Source of the DNA: a virus
Direction: 5' to 3' (one strand)
Virus record (IMG/VR): IMGVR_UViG_3300050343_000255
Span: 1 to 64,000 of that record
Length of the DNA: 64,000 nucleotides
Each line of letters begins with the position of its first letter. Position 1 is the first letter of the stretch. Positions 18,758 to 28,531 of this stretch are shown one piece after another. Made by a program: the position numbers and the translations under genes. The notes beneath the pieces were generated by a model. It was not told the origin of the DNA, did not search any database, and worked only from the letters and a program-made list of their open reading frames with translations.

Positions 18758-19243
18758 TTGAACAACACTTCACCTCGCTACGCTCAGTTCAACGCTCTCA
18801 CCGTCACCGGTCGCATCTTCAATGCTGAGATCGTGGACAACAAAGGCAACAAGTTCTTGAGTGTATCCGTAATCAGCACTGCCTCCAAGGATGGCGCTGA
18901 CTTGGTCTACACCTTCAACAACTCCAATGGCTTGATGAGCCTCTTTGAGAAGGGTTACTTCTGCAAAGGCCGTCAAGTCACTATCACTGGACACCTTCAC
19001 AACGTCTCTGAGGTTTACACCACACAGACTGGTGAAGTTCGCATGCGTAAGCGCCCTGAGATCCACCTCACAGGCGTAAACGTGCTTGATGGTGGCCTTG
19101 GTCCTATGCCTAACGCAGAAGGACAAGCACAGCGTCTCTCAGCTGGCACTGTCATCACTCAAGTGGGAACACCTGAGGTTGACGAAACTCCATCTATGGA
19201 GCCTGTTGAAGAAGCAGAAGAAGAGCTTGTAGCTCTTTATTGA
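18758..19243 (+). CDS. SSB-like OB-fold protein
   Basis: N..TVTGRI...KGRQVTITGHL...Y pattern and acidic C-terminal tail. Confidence 0.6.
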   Translation: MNNTSPRYAQFNALTVTGRIFNAEIVDNKGNKFLSVSVISTASKDGADLVYTFNNSNGLMSLFEKGYFCKGRQVTITGHLHNVSEVYTTQTGEVRMRKRPEIHLTGVNVLDGGLGPMPNAEGQAQRLSAGTVITQVGTPEVDETPSMEPVEEAEEELVALY

Positions 19244-19251
19244 TAACAACT

Positions 19252-19290
19252 CCCGGCCGTGTATCCCACGGCTGGGTTTTTTCTTTTTTT
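19252..19290 (+). terminator. Intrinsic terminator
   Basis: CCCGGCCGTG-tatcc-CACGGCTGGG followed by a T-run. Confidence 0.75.
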
Positions 19291-19323
19291 AAACTATGGA
19301 CATCGCAATCTATCTAACTATCT

Positions 19324-19572
19324 ATGCCACGTTCGCAATCTACTGCTACGTCCTCACCAAAGTCCAAGAGGACTGATTGGACATACACCCTAAGTAAAAG
19401 CAGGTATGGGTTATACACATCTATTCTTACTGACGGCACCCGAATGGTCACTGGAATGACAGAAGAAGGTGTTCGTGTAGTTACGGACACTATTCACATC
19501 CCTGTCATGAAAGGTGAGTTCGATGGGTACACGTCAATACCACGTAAGGGTGTAGTGGACGGGAAGCTTTAG
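19324..19572 (+). CDS. Hypothetical protein
   Basis: 82-aa ORF ending VVDGKL. Confidence 0.6.
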   Translation: MPRSQSTATSSPKSKRTDWTYTLSKSRYGLYTSILTDGTRMVTGMTEEGVRVVTDTIHIPVMKGEFDGYTSIPRKGVVDGKL

Positions 19573-20507
19573 TGCTTGCCGTTCTTACCGTTCTTGCCGT
19601 TTGAACGGAGCACGCCTTCTTCAATGGTTACATCACCCCCACCACTATCAATGACAAGTGAACGTTCACGGTTTGCACCTGGACTATCTGCACGAGTGCT
19701 TCCGCTTACCGCTTGACGATAAGCATCTAACACTGAACTGTCTGCAAATCGTTTGTCATTAAATCCATAATTCATTGCACGACCTTCCTGTTTGCCAACC
19801 ATATTTTGAAAATCTTTGTACTTTAATAAACGTTGAATATCAACGTCATCTAATACTTCACTATTGTATAACCCAGCAGCATTAATACGACGACGTGCAC
19901 CATCAATTAACTCAAGTCGCTTTGGACCTTCAGAATCTCCAAGCATTTGATTAATCAATGATAGTTCTGGACGCAACCTAGTACCACCTTGACTATTGGA
20001 TTCTAAATGTCCTTGATCTTGTGATCTACCAATGATTGGTGCATCTGTATAAAGATCTCTTCCATATGAGCCTTTGTATAGCAACTCTTTTACAGCATCA
20101 ATCTTTGAATCACGATTGCCTGCAGCTTTGCCATGCAATCCTCGTGTTGCAAGCATTTCAAGAGATTGTCCGTCTAATAAATTAGCCAGTATCTCTGCAC
20201 GTTCATAATCTAAATCATTTGCACTTGGATTTTCTCCTGCAGATAACTCTCTTTTGCCTGTTTTTATAAAGTCTTTTTCAACTCGCTCTGCAGCATCAAG
20301 AGCTTGCATGAGTAATGAAGGTGTATAAGCTTCTGCTTCAACAGCTTCAACTCCTAATGAACCCTCGTTACCAGCCCGAGTTGATGATAAATCAGCAATG
20401 TTTCCTGAATCATCACGTACAAATTTTAAATTAGACGGTGCCAGTAGATCACGTTCAATTGCTTTTAACGAATAATCATTATTACTGTTTAAATTCCTTG
20501 CACGCAC
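19569..20507 (-). CDS. Late-type protein with possible HNH-like domain
   Basis: GRDLYTDAPI..DQGH..S.GG...N segment; TACAAT upstream. Confidence 0.45.
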   Translation of the reverse strand: MRARNLNSNNDYSLKAIERDLLAPSNLKFVRDDSGNIADLSSTRAGNEGSLGVEAVEAEAYTPSLLMQALDAAERVEKDFIKTGKRELSAGENPSANDLDYERAEILANLLDGQSLEMLATRGLHGKAAGNRDSKIDAVKELLYKGSYGRDLYTDAPIIGRSQDQGHLESNSQGGTRLRPELSLINQMLGDSEGPKRLELIDGARRRINAAGLYNSEVLDDVDIQRLLKYKDFQNMVGKQEGRAMNYGFNDKRFADSSVLDAYRQAVSGSTRADSPGANRERSLVIDSGGGDVTIEEGVLRSNGKNGKNGKH

Positions 20508-20600
20508 TCATACACATACCTATGATTATTAATTCACATAGATATCACTTACTTCTTCTTCATTGTATTTAATTTAGATAACTAACTTGGACTGCTAATT

Positions 20601-20633
20601 GACGCTTACCAGCGTCTCTATGTTTTAGTGTCC
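20601..20633 (+). promoter_or_regulatory. Hairpin element copy 13
   Basis: GACGC-ttacca-GCGTC, GTGTCC 13 nt after GCG; upstream GGAC pairs with GTCC. Confidence 0.8.
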
Positions 20634-20649
20634 TTTGACATCTAGATCT

Positions 20650-20871
20650 ATGGAACAACAAATGATCCTGATCTCTAAACCAGAAGTTGAAAGGTTGCTA
20701 GGCAAACTTCAACGAGCAGAAGGCTATTGCCGTAATGCACGTTCGTCTATTCCTTTCAACCCTGAAACGGACATCCACGCAGAACCTGAAGAGTTCTTTG
20801 TCGGATCCTCAGGATTCGCAGGACTTGTCATGCGTGATGCAATCCAATCACTCGAATCACATCTGAACTAA
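20650..20871 (+). CDS. Hypothetical early protein
   Basis: MEQQMILISKPEVE...; TAATG-coupled to next gene. Confidence 0.6.
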   Translation: MEQQMILISKPEVERLLGKLQRAEGYCRNARSSIPFNPETDIHAEPEEFFVGSSGFAGLVMRDAIQSLESHLN

Positions 20872-21257
20872 TGGGAACTCGATCTGCTATTGGCTATCTT
20901 CAACCGTCCGGTAGGGTCCGTGCGGTTTATTGCCATTGGGATGGTTATCCTGAACACCAACTCCCAATACTTAAGTCGAAGTACAACACCTTCGCCAAAG
21001 TAAGAGCTCTGATTAAACCTGGCTCTATGTCATCCTTAGAGTCCAGTCGTACTTGGGATTCAGAATTTTGTGACCCACAGCCTCTGTATCACGCAGAGCG
21101 TGGGCACGGTGATAAACCCAAAACCAGTAGCAAACCATTTGATTACTGGCGTGACATGGACTGTGAGTACTTGTATGTCTTCAATGGCTCTTGGTGGATT
21201 ACATATTCACTAACTGATAAGCCATTTACAGGTATGCATATCCATAATGAAACCTAA
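20871..21257 (+). CDS. Conserved phage protein (MGTRS...YCHWDGYP family)
   Basis: Motif common in cyanophage early genes; function unknown. Confidence 0.7.
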   Translation: MGTRSAIGYLQPSGRVRAVYCHWDGYPEHQLPILKSKYNTFAKVRALIKPGSMSSLESSRTWDSEFCDPQPLYHAERGHGDKPKTSSKPFDYWRDMDCEYLYVFNGSWWITYSLTDKPFTGMHIHNET

Positions 21258-21436
21258 CCCATCTAAGTATATTTTTACCTAGTATGGATTGGTGTTCCCG
21301 TAGAAGAACAGCGGCAGGGACACTCAATTAGGTTTCAGACATTTTTGCTGTTTCTGTCTGAGTAATTAACCGGGTCGCCCCTTTTGGTGGCTCGGTCCCT
21401 TACTCGATCACATATATACACTCAAAAAGATTCACC

Positions 21437-21730
21437 ATGGCTAATTACACAATCGAAGTCACTACTGAAGATGGTGGCAACTTTACTTTCCCTTGTGAAA
21501 GTGACCAGTACATCATTGAAGCTGCTGAAGAAGCAGGCGTTGAACTCAACTATTCATGCCGTGCTGGTGCATGCTCAACCTGTGTAAGCAAGCTTGTGTC
21601 TGGCACTGTTGATCAATCAGATCAAAGCTATTTGGACGATGACCAACAAGCAGAGGGCTTCTTTATGTCCTGTGTTGCTTATCCAACCTCTGACGTAAAA
21701 ATGATCTCTGATGTTGAAGACCAACTCTGA
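21437..21730 (+). CDS. petF: Plant-type 2Fe-2S ferredoxin
   Basis: YSCRAGACSTC...DQSDQSYLDD...SCVAYPTSD. Confidence 0.95.
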   Translation: MANYTIEVTTEDGGNFTFPCESDQYIIEAAEEAGVELNYSCRAGACSTCVSKLVSGTVDQSDQSYLDDDQQAEGFFMSCVAYPTSDVKMISDVEDQL

Positions 21731-21896
21731 CCTAACATTTATGACTGAACAACCTGACAAGTTCCCCTTCGACGATATCGAAGAACTGGAACGTGAAGAA
21801 GATGAGCTGCCTGCTATCCCTGCATGGCCCTCTATCTTTGAATCAAGCACACCTAAGAATTAAGTAAAATATCCATAGCATATAAATTTATTAGCT

Positions 21897-22511
21897 ATGG
21901 GTAAAAAGAAGAAGCCTTTTGAAGTTGATAGATACTTTTCTGGTGGCGGTAGACAAGCAACCGCAGGCAAAGACAGTACTGCAGAATTAAGTATCGACGG
22001 TAAGTCCTTTCATTACCGTGATCCAAGAAATCCCGAATCTAACGAAGCGGTTCAAGCTAATTATCGCGGAGATTCCGGCAGTGCTGAAGATAATATGAGT
22101 AAAAATGCGTATGCATATACGAATCCTCTATATGATTATTCATATGGGCAAGTACGAGATGCTGCAAAAGATTTAGATATTGGCAACGTTAATAGTAAAG
22201 GAGAAGTTAAACAAATACTCAATCGTATTCGAAGTGGCAGTCAATCAAAAGCTGAAGACTTTAAAGATGACTTCATTGAGAAGAAAGTTGCACCAAGAGT
22301 GAACTCTAATACTGAAGTAGAAATCCCCAGCGCTTCTGCTGGTGATAACAGTATTGCATCTCCGATTGATCAAACAAACGGAATTGACATTGCTGGTAGT
22401 CGTAATGATGCTGATCAGAATAATTCTATTGATCAAGAACAAGCAGGGAGCTTTCTTGACAAATACAAACTATCTCTCAAAAGCAACGAAGGTTTGAACC
22501 TAACGCGCTGA
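21897..22511 (+). CDS. Late-type putative virion protein, partial paralog of 1083..1958
   Basis: Shared AGDNSIASPI..Q module. Confidence 0.55.
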   Translation: MGKKKKPFEVDRYFSGGGRQATAGKDSTAELSIDGKSFHYRDPRNPESNEAVQANYRGDSGSAEDNMSKNAYAYTNPLYDYSYGQVRDAAKDLDIGNVNSKGEVKQILNRIRSGSQSKAEDFKDDFIEKKVAPRVNSNTEVEIPSASAGDNSIASPIDQTNGIDIAGSRNDADQNNSIDQEQAGSFLDKYKLSLKSNEGLNLTR

Positions 22512-22520
22512 TTCTTCTGC

Positions 22521-22658
22521 GCAAAAACTACAAAGCTACACTTGCTACGCTACTTTCCTATATGTGCATTTTTAAAAAGATAGTAATAAGAGAGGAGACT
22601 GCGTAATAAAAAAAGATATATATAGGGAACTTGTGCGTTTTGCGTAGTTTACGTAGTT
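22521..22658 (+). repeat. ~125-bp origin-like element, copy 2
   Basis: AAAAACTAC..GCTAC..GCTACGCT..TATAT..TTTAAAAAG..TATATA..TTTGCGTAGTTTACGTAG. Confidence 0.7.
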
Positions 22659-22834
22659 CGCCTAGTACCCCAAAAAAGGCATTTTTAATTGCGGCGCAAG
22701 CACATTCACGCAAAAAAACGCTTTTTAAAAACCGCTACAAAACCTATCTGCGGCTCTTGTTGCGACAGTTACAAATCGTAACCGAGCCCAGAATTGGCAA
22801 CAATGCTCTATTTGGACCGATTTTTCGTTATTTT

Positions 22835-23203
22835 ATGCCCATTCAAGTCGCTTTTATGCAGCGCATCGACGTTCCTTGTGACGAAAAATTCGCTGCTGTT
22901 CTCAAAGAGTACTGCGCCTACTGGGGCATGACTATGGGAGAGCTCATGTACGAAGCAGCGAAGCAGCACATCCACTCATCTGCACAAGTGTGTGATCTTG
23001 CAGATGGCCTTTTGCGTAAGCAGGGGATGATCCCTGATAAACGCTCAGCAAAACACTGTTATGGCTTTTTATGCCGGTGCTGCAAACATCAGCTTGCTTG
23101 CAGAACTGGTCTTTATAAAAACGAATGGGAGATTGCTGAACAACACCAGCATTTGTTAAAAGAACAACCTGAAGCATGTTCATGTGACAGGTGTATTTCA
23201 TGA
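22835..23203 (+). CDS. RHH-like plus Cys/His zinc-binding protein, paralog A
   Basis: Beta-alpha-alpha-like N-terminus, CYGxxCxxCxHxxACxxGxY. Confidence 0.6.
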   Translation: MPIQVAFMQRIDVPCDEKFAAVLKEYCAYWGMTMGELMYEAAKQHIHSSAQVCDLADGLLRKQGMIPDKRSAKHCYGFLCRCCKHQLACRTGLYKNEWEIAEQHQHLLKEQPEACSCDRCIS

Positions 23204-23517
23204 AAAAACTTCAAGTGCAAATGCCTGACCCATGTCATGCGGTATTAAAGGACTATGCCAATGCTTGGGGCATGACAATGTCTGAAGTGATGTATGAAGC
23301 CACTCGTTGCTTTATGCACAAACATTCAGAGAATTGTGGATACATCAATTCATTATTTACATTTAGACGTATCAAAGCTGACAAACGACTTACCAAAGAA
23401 TGTTATGGACATCCTTGTTTTGCCTGTGAGCACCTAGTTGCCTGTAAAACAGGACAATACAAAGGTGGCTGGGAAATGTCTGAAAAAGTATCTGAGTATA
23501 TTAATCTGCAAGCTTAA
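23200..23517 (+). CDS. RHH-like plus Cys/His zinc-binding protein, paralog B
   Basis: Aligns end to end with paralog A; ATGA overlap. Confidence 0.6.
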   Translation: MKKLQVQMPDPCHAVLKDYANAWGMTMSEVMYEATRCFMHKHSENCGYINSLFTFRRIKADKRLTKECYGHPCFACEHLVACKTGQYKGGWEMSEKVSEYINLQA

Positions 23518-23642
23518 TTTTTTTTGCCTGAAAGCTTAACAATAAGTTAGACGATTGATATCTGTATGTCTTGATATATTTAATCCAATAAATGTATCAA
23601 CGCAAACGTTGCTCTTGTGGTGTGAATAATCATACTTTCATT

Positions 23643-23675
23643 GTCGCTTAGCAGCGACTTTCACAACTGGTGTCC
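23643..23675 (+). promoter_or_regulatory. Hairpin element copy 14
   Basis: GTCGC-ttagca-GCGAC, GTGTCC 13 nt after GCG. Confidence 0.8.
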
Positions 23676-23694
23676 AATACATGGCTACAACCAA

Positions 23695-24651
23695 ATGCCC
23701 TCAAATTTCACATCTGGCTGGCTCGGCAATGGAGAACGTGCATGGCACGGGCAAGGGGTTGTCACCCCTGGCACACTCCCAGCGCGAGAAGCGTTTGAAA
23801 CAGCAGACGCACTATTTTCTGTCGAGAAGCGCGAGCTCTTCTTCCCCAACAGCAACGCACTTCCAACCAATGATGAGTCCTTGTGGCTCCCATCAAACTC
23901 CTACGGAGTTGTGCGAACTGACACCCAAGCCTTGCTCGGAGTTGTCACCAAGCAATACGAGATCGTCCAAAACGAATCGCTCCTACGCATGGCGGAGTTC
24001 ATCCGTGAAGAGGCAGACATGGACTGCGTCATCGTTCTATCGGACGGAGCCAAAGTCTGTTTTACCGCCACACTCCGTGGTGCGGAGACGGACATCGTCC
24101 CTGGAGACACCGTCAAACGACGAATTGTTGGTTACTTGGGCCACGACGGTAAAACCGGCTGTGGAGCAAAGTTCACAAACATCCGTGTGGTTTGCCAAAA
24201 CACTTTGACTGCAGCCCTATCTGGGACTGGTGCTTCTTCAAGCATCACTCACAAGGGAACTGCTAACGCTAACTTCGATGCTCTTATCAATAGCATTGAC
24301 GTATCCCGTCAGGATTTTGTAACTGAGTGCGAGCTTATGCGTGAGTTCTCACGTACCGCTATGAGCATGAGTGCTTTCAACGACTATGTCGATGAAGTGT
24401 ATAACGTAAATGAAGGTGACATCCTTCGTAAACGACAGAAGCTTGAGCAAGCATTCCGTGTTGGATACGGTTCTGAATATGCCTCTTTCAGTCTTTGGAA
24501 TGGCTTCAATGCCATCACACAGCTAGAAACAAGCACACGCGGTCAGACTGCTGCTAAGTCTCGTGCACAGTTTGCACGCGGTACTTTCGGTCTGGGTGCA
24601 CAGATAAGCAAGAAAGCTTTCTCTATTGCACAAGAACTAGTTACAGCCTGA
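23695..24651 (+). CDS. DUF932 family phage/plasmid protein
   Basis: AWHGQG, Y.IVQN, HDG, IRVVCQNTL, LWNGFNAIT motifs. Confidence 0.85.
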   Translation: MPSNFTSGWLGNGERAWHGQGVVTPGTLPAREAFETADALFSVEKRELFFPNSNALPTNDESLWLPSNSYGVVRTDTQALLGVVTKQYEIVQNESLLRMAEFIREEADMDCVIVLSDGAKVCFTATLRGAETDIVPGDTVKRRIVGYLGHDGKTGCGAKFTNIRVVCQNTLTAALSGTGASSSITHKGTANANFDALINSIDVSRQDFVTECELMREFSRTAMSMSAFNDYVDEVYNVNEGDILRKRQKLEQAFRVGYGSEYASFSLWNGFNAITQLETSTRGQTAAKSRAQFARGTFGLGAQISKKAFSIAQELVTA

Positions 24652-24728
24652 TCGTTAACATTGAGGGTACGCATGAGTGCCCTCTAATTGTTACTTTATA
24701 TCTTCATGCAAGCTAAGAATAACCTTAT

Positions 24729-25073
24729 ATGTTTATTAAATCAATCAGCACTATTGCTGCTGCTGTCCTCCTCAGTGTCAGCACATCAGCTAGTGCCACA
24801 AACTCAATGTTATCTTCCTGGTACGGTGGATATTTCCACGGCAGGACTACAGCGAACGGTGAAACTTACGATATGTACGGACTTACCGCCGCACATAAAA
24901 CGCTACCTTTCGGTACAAAGCTACGTGTCTGCTATCAAGGATGCGTGGACGTACGTATTAACGATCGTGGTCCTTACATTGGCAGTCGTGAGCTTGATCT
25001 CTCTTTCGGAGCAGCATCAGCAATCGGACTGATCAAACCAGGAGTTGACTATGTTTCTGTCAGCCATATCTGA
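24729..25073 (+). CDS. RlpA-like lytic transglycosylase (DPBB)
   Basis: SWYG..FHGRTTANGE...TAAHKTLPFGT...VRINDRGPY...LDLS. Confidence 0.9.
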   Translation: MFIKSISTIAAAVLLSVSTSASATNSMLSSWYGGYFHGRTTANGETYDMYGLTAAHKTLPFGTKLRVCYQGCVDVRINDRGPYIGSRELDLSFGAASAIGLIKPGVDYVSVSHI

Positions 25074-25415
25074 CACAAATTTGTTGATTTCAATATATAG
25101 TAAATGCAAGCCTACTTACATTTTTGTAGAAGGCTTTATGTCAATAGGAGAATTTATGTCTAGATCTGTCAAGCATGAAAAGACTCAAGGATTTCTTGAT
25201 CAAGTCAGCAAACTTCGAAAGATTCGTAGAGAAGCTAGAGAAGGTAAAGCACAAATGTTGACCGACGTTGAAACTTTGACTGGACTTGCATTTATTCCCG
25301 CTCAAGAATATTGAGCACATATGCCTACGGTATATGTTTGTTTCATAACTTAATATATACTAGTAGGCTTTTTAAAGCTGAGTAATACCCACAAATACAC
25401 CGCACTATTAATCAA

Positions 25416-26495
25416 ATGGCTTCAACTGTTATGCAGCGCTCCGGCGCTAAGAGTAACTGGGAAGAGTTTTGTAAGTGGGTTACGAGTACCAACAACCGTC
25501 TGTATGTCGGTTGGTTTGGCATCCTCATGATCCCTACGCTCCTCGCAGCGACTATTTGTTTTGTTATCGCCTTCGTTGGCGCACCACCTGTAGATATTGA
25601 TGGCATTCGTGAACCAGTTGCTGGATCGCTCCTATATGGAAACAACATTGTATCGGGAGCAGTCGTCCCGTCTAGCAACGCAATCGGACTCCACTTCTAC
25701 CCAATCTGGGAAGCAGCAACCCTCGACGAATGGCTCTACAACGGAGGACCATTCCAACTCGTTGTCTTCCACTTCCTTATCGGTATCTACGCTTACATGG
25801 GACGAGAATGGGAACTTAGCTACCGGCTAGGTATGCGCCCATGGATTTTCGTAGCATATAGCGCACCTGTAGCAGCAGCGTCTGCCGTGTTTCTTGTCTA
25901 TCCCTTTGGACAAGGATCCTTCTCTGACGCAATGCCTTTGGGCATCTCCGGTACATTCAACTATATGTTGGTGTTCCAGGCAGAGCATAATATCCTCATG
26001 CATCCGTTCCACATGCTTGGTGTGGCTGGTGTCTTCGGCGGAAGTTTATTTTCTGCTATGCACGGTTCTCTTGTTACATCATCTCTCGTGCGTGAAACCA
26101 CGGAGCAAGTGTCACAGAACTATGGCTACAAGTTTGGTCAAGAAGAAGAGACCTACAACATCGTGGCAGCACATGGCTACTTCGGTCGCTTGATCTTCCA
26201 ATATGCTTCCTTCAACAATTCCCGTTCACTGCACTTCTTTTTAGCTGCGTGGCCGGTAGTTGGTATTTGGTTCACCGCTCTTGGCGTGTCAACCATGGCC
26301 TTCAACCTCAATGGCTTCAACTTCAACCAGTCAATTGTTCACGGCGGTCACGTCGTTAACACCTGGGCAGACATTCTGAACCGTGCAGGTCTTGGTCTTG
26401 AAGTAATGCATGAAAGGAACGCACACAATTTCCCATTGGATCTTGCGTCCGCTTCTACATCCCAAGTGGCTTTGACCGCTCCAAGTATCGGTTGA
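25416..26495 (+). CDS. psbA: Photosystem II D1 protein
   Basis: Full-length D1, intronless, [13 protein letters not shown] terminus, Gln at the 130-equivalent position. Confidence 0.99.
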   Translation: MASTVMQRSGAKSNWEEFCKWVTSTNNRLYVGWFGILMIPTLLAATICFVIAFVGAPPVDIDGIREPVAGSLLYGNNIVSGAVVPSSNAIGLHFYPIWEAATLDEWLYNGGPFQLVVFHFLIGIYAYMGREWELSYRLGMRPWIFVAYSAPVAAASAVFLVYPFGQGSFSDAMPLGISGTFNYMLVFQAEHNILMHPFHMLGVAGVFGGSLFSAMHGSLVTSSLVRETTEQVSQNYGYKFGQEEETYNIVAAHGYFGRLIFQYASFNNSRSLHFFLAAWPVVGIWFTALGVSTMAFNLNGFNFNQSIVHGGHVVNTWADILNRAGLGLEVMHERNAHNFPLDLASASTSQVALTAPSIG

Positions 26496-26838
26496 GGTTA
26501 ATTAACCTTTGACCGTCATCATCTAACAAACCTAGGGCAGTGTTGCACTTATGACACAGTAAACCCCTAGGTTTTTCAGTATCGTGACAGTGGTCAATGC
26601 ATAAGCGTTCTTTAGAACCACAGACTTCACAAGCACCAGGTGCCAGTATTCTGTCAACCTCATCTTGTGTAAGCTTTAGCTTAAGTCTGATGCCACTATG
26701 TGGTCTCCAATTCTTCTTACGAACTTTAGTTGTGCATTTTTTGCACGCAGATTGCAGACCAACATTACCGGTTTTATAAGTTCTCTTATAGAAATTATCA
26801 TCTGATAATGATTGCCTGCATTCACAGCAGGTTTTCAC
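26455..26838 (-). CDS. Endonuclease VII-family (free-standing homing-type) endonuclease
   Basis: N-terminal CxxC..Cxx[25 protein letters not shown]. Confidence 0.85.
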   Translation of the reverse strand: MKTCCECRQSLSDDNFYKRTYKTGNVGLQSACKKCTTKVRKKNWRPHSGIRLKLKLTQDEVDRILAPGACEVCGSKERLCIDHCHDTEKPRGLLCHKCNTALGLLDDDGQRLINLNRYLERSKPLGM

Positions 26839-26883
26839 TTTAAATTATAGGTATCACTTACTCGCTAACTTTAACTCTTATAA

Positions 26884-27102
26884 ATGGCACATAGTGACTT
26901 TTTAAATCAATTAGCACTGGCTATGGAACAATTAGGTTTTACAAATGATGTTCCATTAGATATTGCTATTGCCGGATCTCAAACTTATGAGATTGAGGGA
27001 GCTGGCACAAAATGGGCTCCAACAAAAGGGACTCGTAAATACAACAAGGATGCATTTATTGTAATCCGCAAAGTAACTCCTGTTATATCATCAAATGCTT
27101 GA
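26884..27102 (+). CDS. Hypothetical protein
   Basis: 72-aa ORF coupled to next gene. Confidence 0.6.
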   Translation: MAHSDFLNQLALAMEQLGFTNDVPLDIAIAGSQTYEIEGAGTKWAPTKGTRKYNKDAFIVIRKVTPVISSNA

Positions 27103-27307
27103 ACTTCTTACCTACTACGTCATTGGCGGCGGACTACTTATTGGTGCCCCTGCTGTATTTTTCCTAATCGCTTTTATGCCTGCACTGCAGAATACAAAAG
27201 GTAGGATGGTTGGATACAAAGATCACAAACAATATGGCGATATCTCTTCCTATGAGAACTCACCATCTGATCAAACGAAGTTTTATCTAGTGTTATCCAA
27301 TGATTAA
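27095..27307 (+). CDS. Small membrane protein resembling picocyanobacterial hypotheticals
   Basis: N-terminal TM helix, MPALQNTKGRMVGYKDH. Confidence 0.6.
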   Translation: MLELLTYYVIGGGLLIGAPAVFFLIAFMPALQNTKGRMVGYKDHKQYGDISSYENSPSDQTKFYLVLSND

Positions 27308-27551
27308 AGCACTCTTCAGTCTTATGTTCTCTGCACTCATGTGGGTGCAAGTCCCACAGTGGAGTGATGACTGGAGTAAATGTGCTGTTGATGTACCTGA
27401 CGTTGCTTGTCATTGGTATATCACTGCACCGGATAGCACTATGGGTGAAGGCTTTAGCTGGGCTAATGCACCCTGGTTCTCTGTAGAAGGAATGAGAGAC
27501 ATTAGTAAATTAACAAGCACCGTTGAATCTCTTCAGCAAACACACTCGTGA
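27300..27551 (+). CDS. Small protein resembling picocyanobacterial hypotheticals
   Basis: WVQVPQWSDDWSKCAVDVPD..CHWY. Confidence 0.6.
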   Translation: MIKALFSLMFSALMWVQVPQWSDDWSKCAVDVPDVACHWYITAPDSTMGEGFSWANAPWFSVEGMRDISKLTSTVESLQQTHS

Positions 27552-27855
27552 TTATCTAATTAATGACAGAAGTTAAATGCCTTGCAATGTCACTAGGCAT
27601 GTGGAAGATGCGACCAATCCGTATGCGTGTTCGCCCATTAACCAAAGATCCATCTGTAATTGCATCAAAGCTTTTGCTAAAGTTGCAACATAAAAATATG
27701 CATCAGCAGGATCTAGATAATGGAATTGTCAGTTGAACAACTGCAAGATGTGATGCATGCAATTAGGTATTATCAATATCATCATGTCAGCATCAATAAT
27801 CCTCGTTATGAGGAATATTCAAATATATTAAAGCTACTAGCAAAAGAAAAACATA

Positions 27856-28530
27856 ATGCGAATCTTTCTTGATACCGCAAACGTTGAAGATGTAGCAAAG
27901 CACTTTCTCACTGGACTAATTGATGGTGTCACTACTAACCCAACACTAATTAGAAAGTCAGGCAAAGAGCCTACTGATGTCTACAAGGAACTATCTCAAA
28001 TAGGTGTTCGTGATATCAGCATGGAAGTGTATGGGAGTGCAAAAGAAATGTATGAGACAGGCAAACAGCTTGCTCATGATTTCAATGGCGTTGCCACAAT
28101 CAAACTACCGATGACTAGATGTGGATTGCTTGCTTGTAAAGAGCTATCAAAAGATCACATCCGAACTAATGTCACGTTAGTATTCACAATTCCTCAAGCA
28201 ATTCTTGCAGCAAAAGCTGGTGCAACTTACGTTTCACCTTTTGTTGGACGACTAGATGATCAACAAGTGTCTGGTCTTGAAGTTGTCAGAGGAATTAAAG
28301 GATTGTATGCAGCAAAACATGTGGACACACAAGTTCTAGCTGCTTCAATTCGTAGTGTGCATAGAGCAGTCAGATCTTTCTATAACGGAGCTGATGTTGT
28401 GACTATGCCCCCTTCAGTGTTTGAGGATATGTATAAGCATATTCTTACTGATGCTGGATTAGAAATCTTTGAACAAGATATCGCACAAATCAAGTGCAAT
28501 AGTGTAAACTTTATTAAGGAATATAAATAA
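27856..28530 (+). CDS. talC: Transaldolase (cyanophage TalC)
   Basis: IFLDTA, GVTTNPTLI, IKLP, NVTLVF, YVSPFVGRLDD, LAASIR. Confidence 0.95.
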   Translation: MRIFLDTANVEDVAKHFLTGLIDGVTTNPTLIRKSGKEPTDVYKELSQIGVRDISMEVYGSAKEMYETGKQLAHDFNGVATIKLPMTRCGLLACKELSKDHIRTNVTLVFTIPQAILAAKAGATYVSPFVGRLDDQQVSGLEVVRGIKGLYAAKHVDTQVLAASIRSVHRAVRSFYNGADVVTMPPSVFEDMYKHILTDAGLEIFEQDIAQIKCNSVNFIKEYK

Positions 28531-28531
28531 A

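Noticed and set aside
25330-25415. PhotoRC-type RNA or RpaB HLR1 site upstream of psbA
   Set aside because: Only a weak GTTTCATA-ac-TTAATATA match and a TATACT -10; cannot be supported without a model search
26794-26813. ATTATCA-tc-TGATAATGAT as a Fur box
   Set aside because: Lies inside the endonuclease CDS with non-canonical spacing; insufficient support
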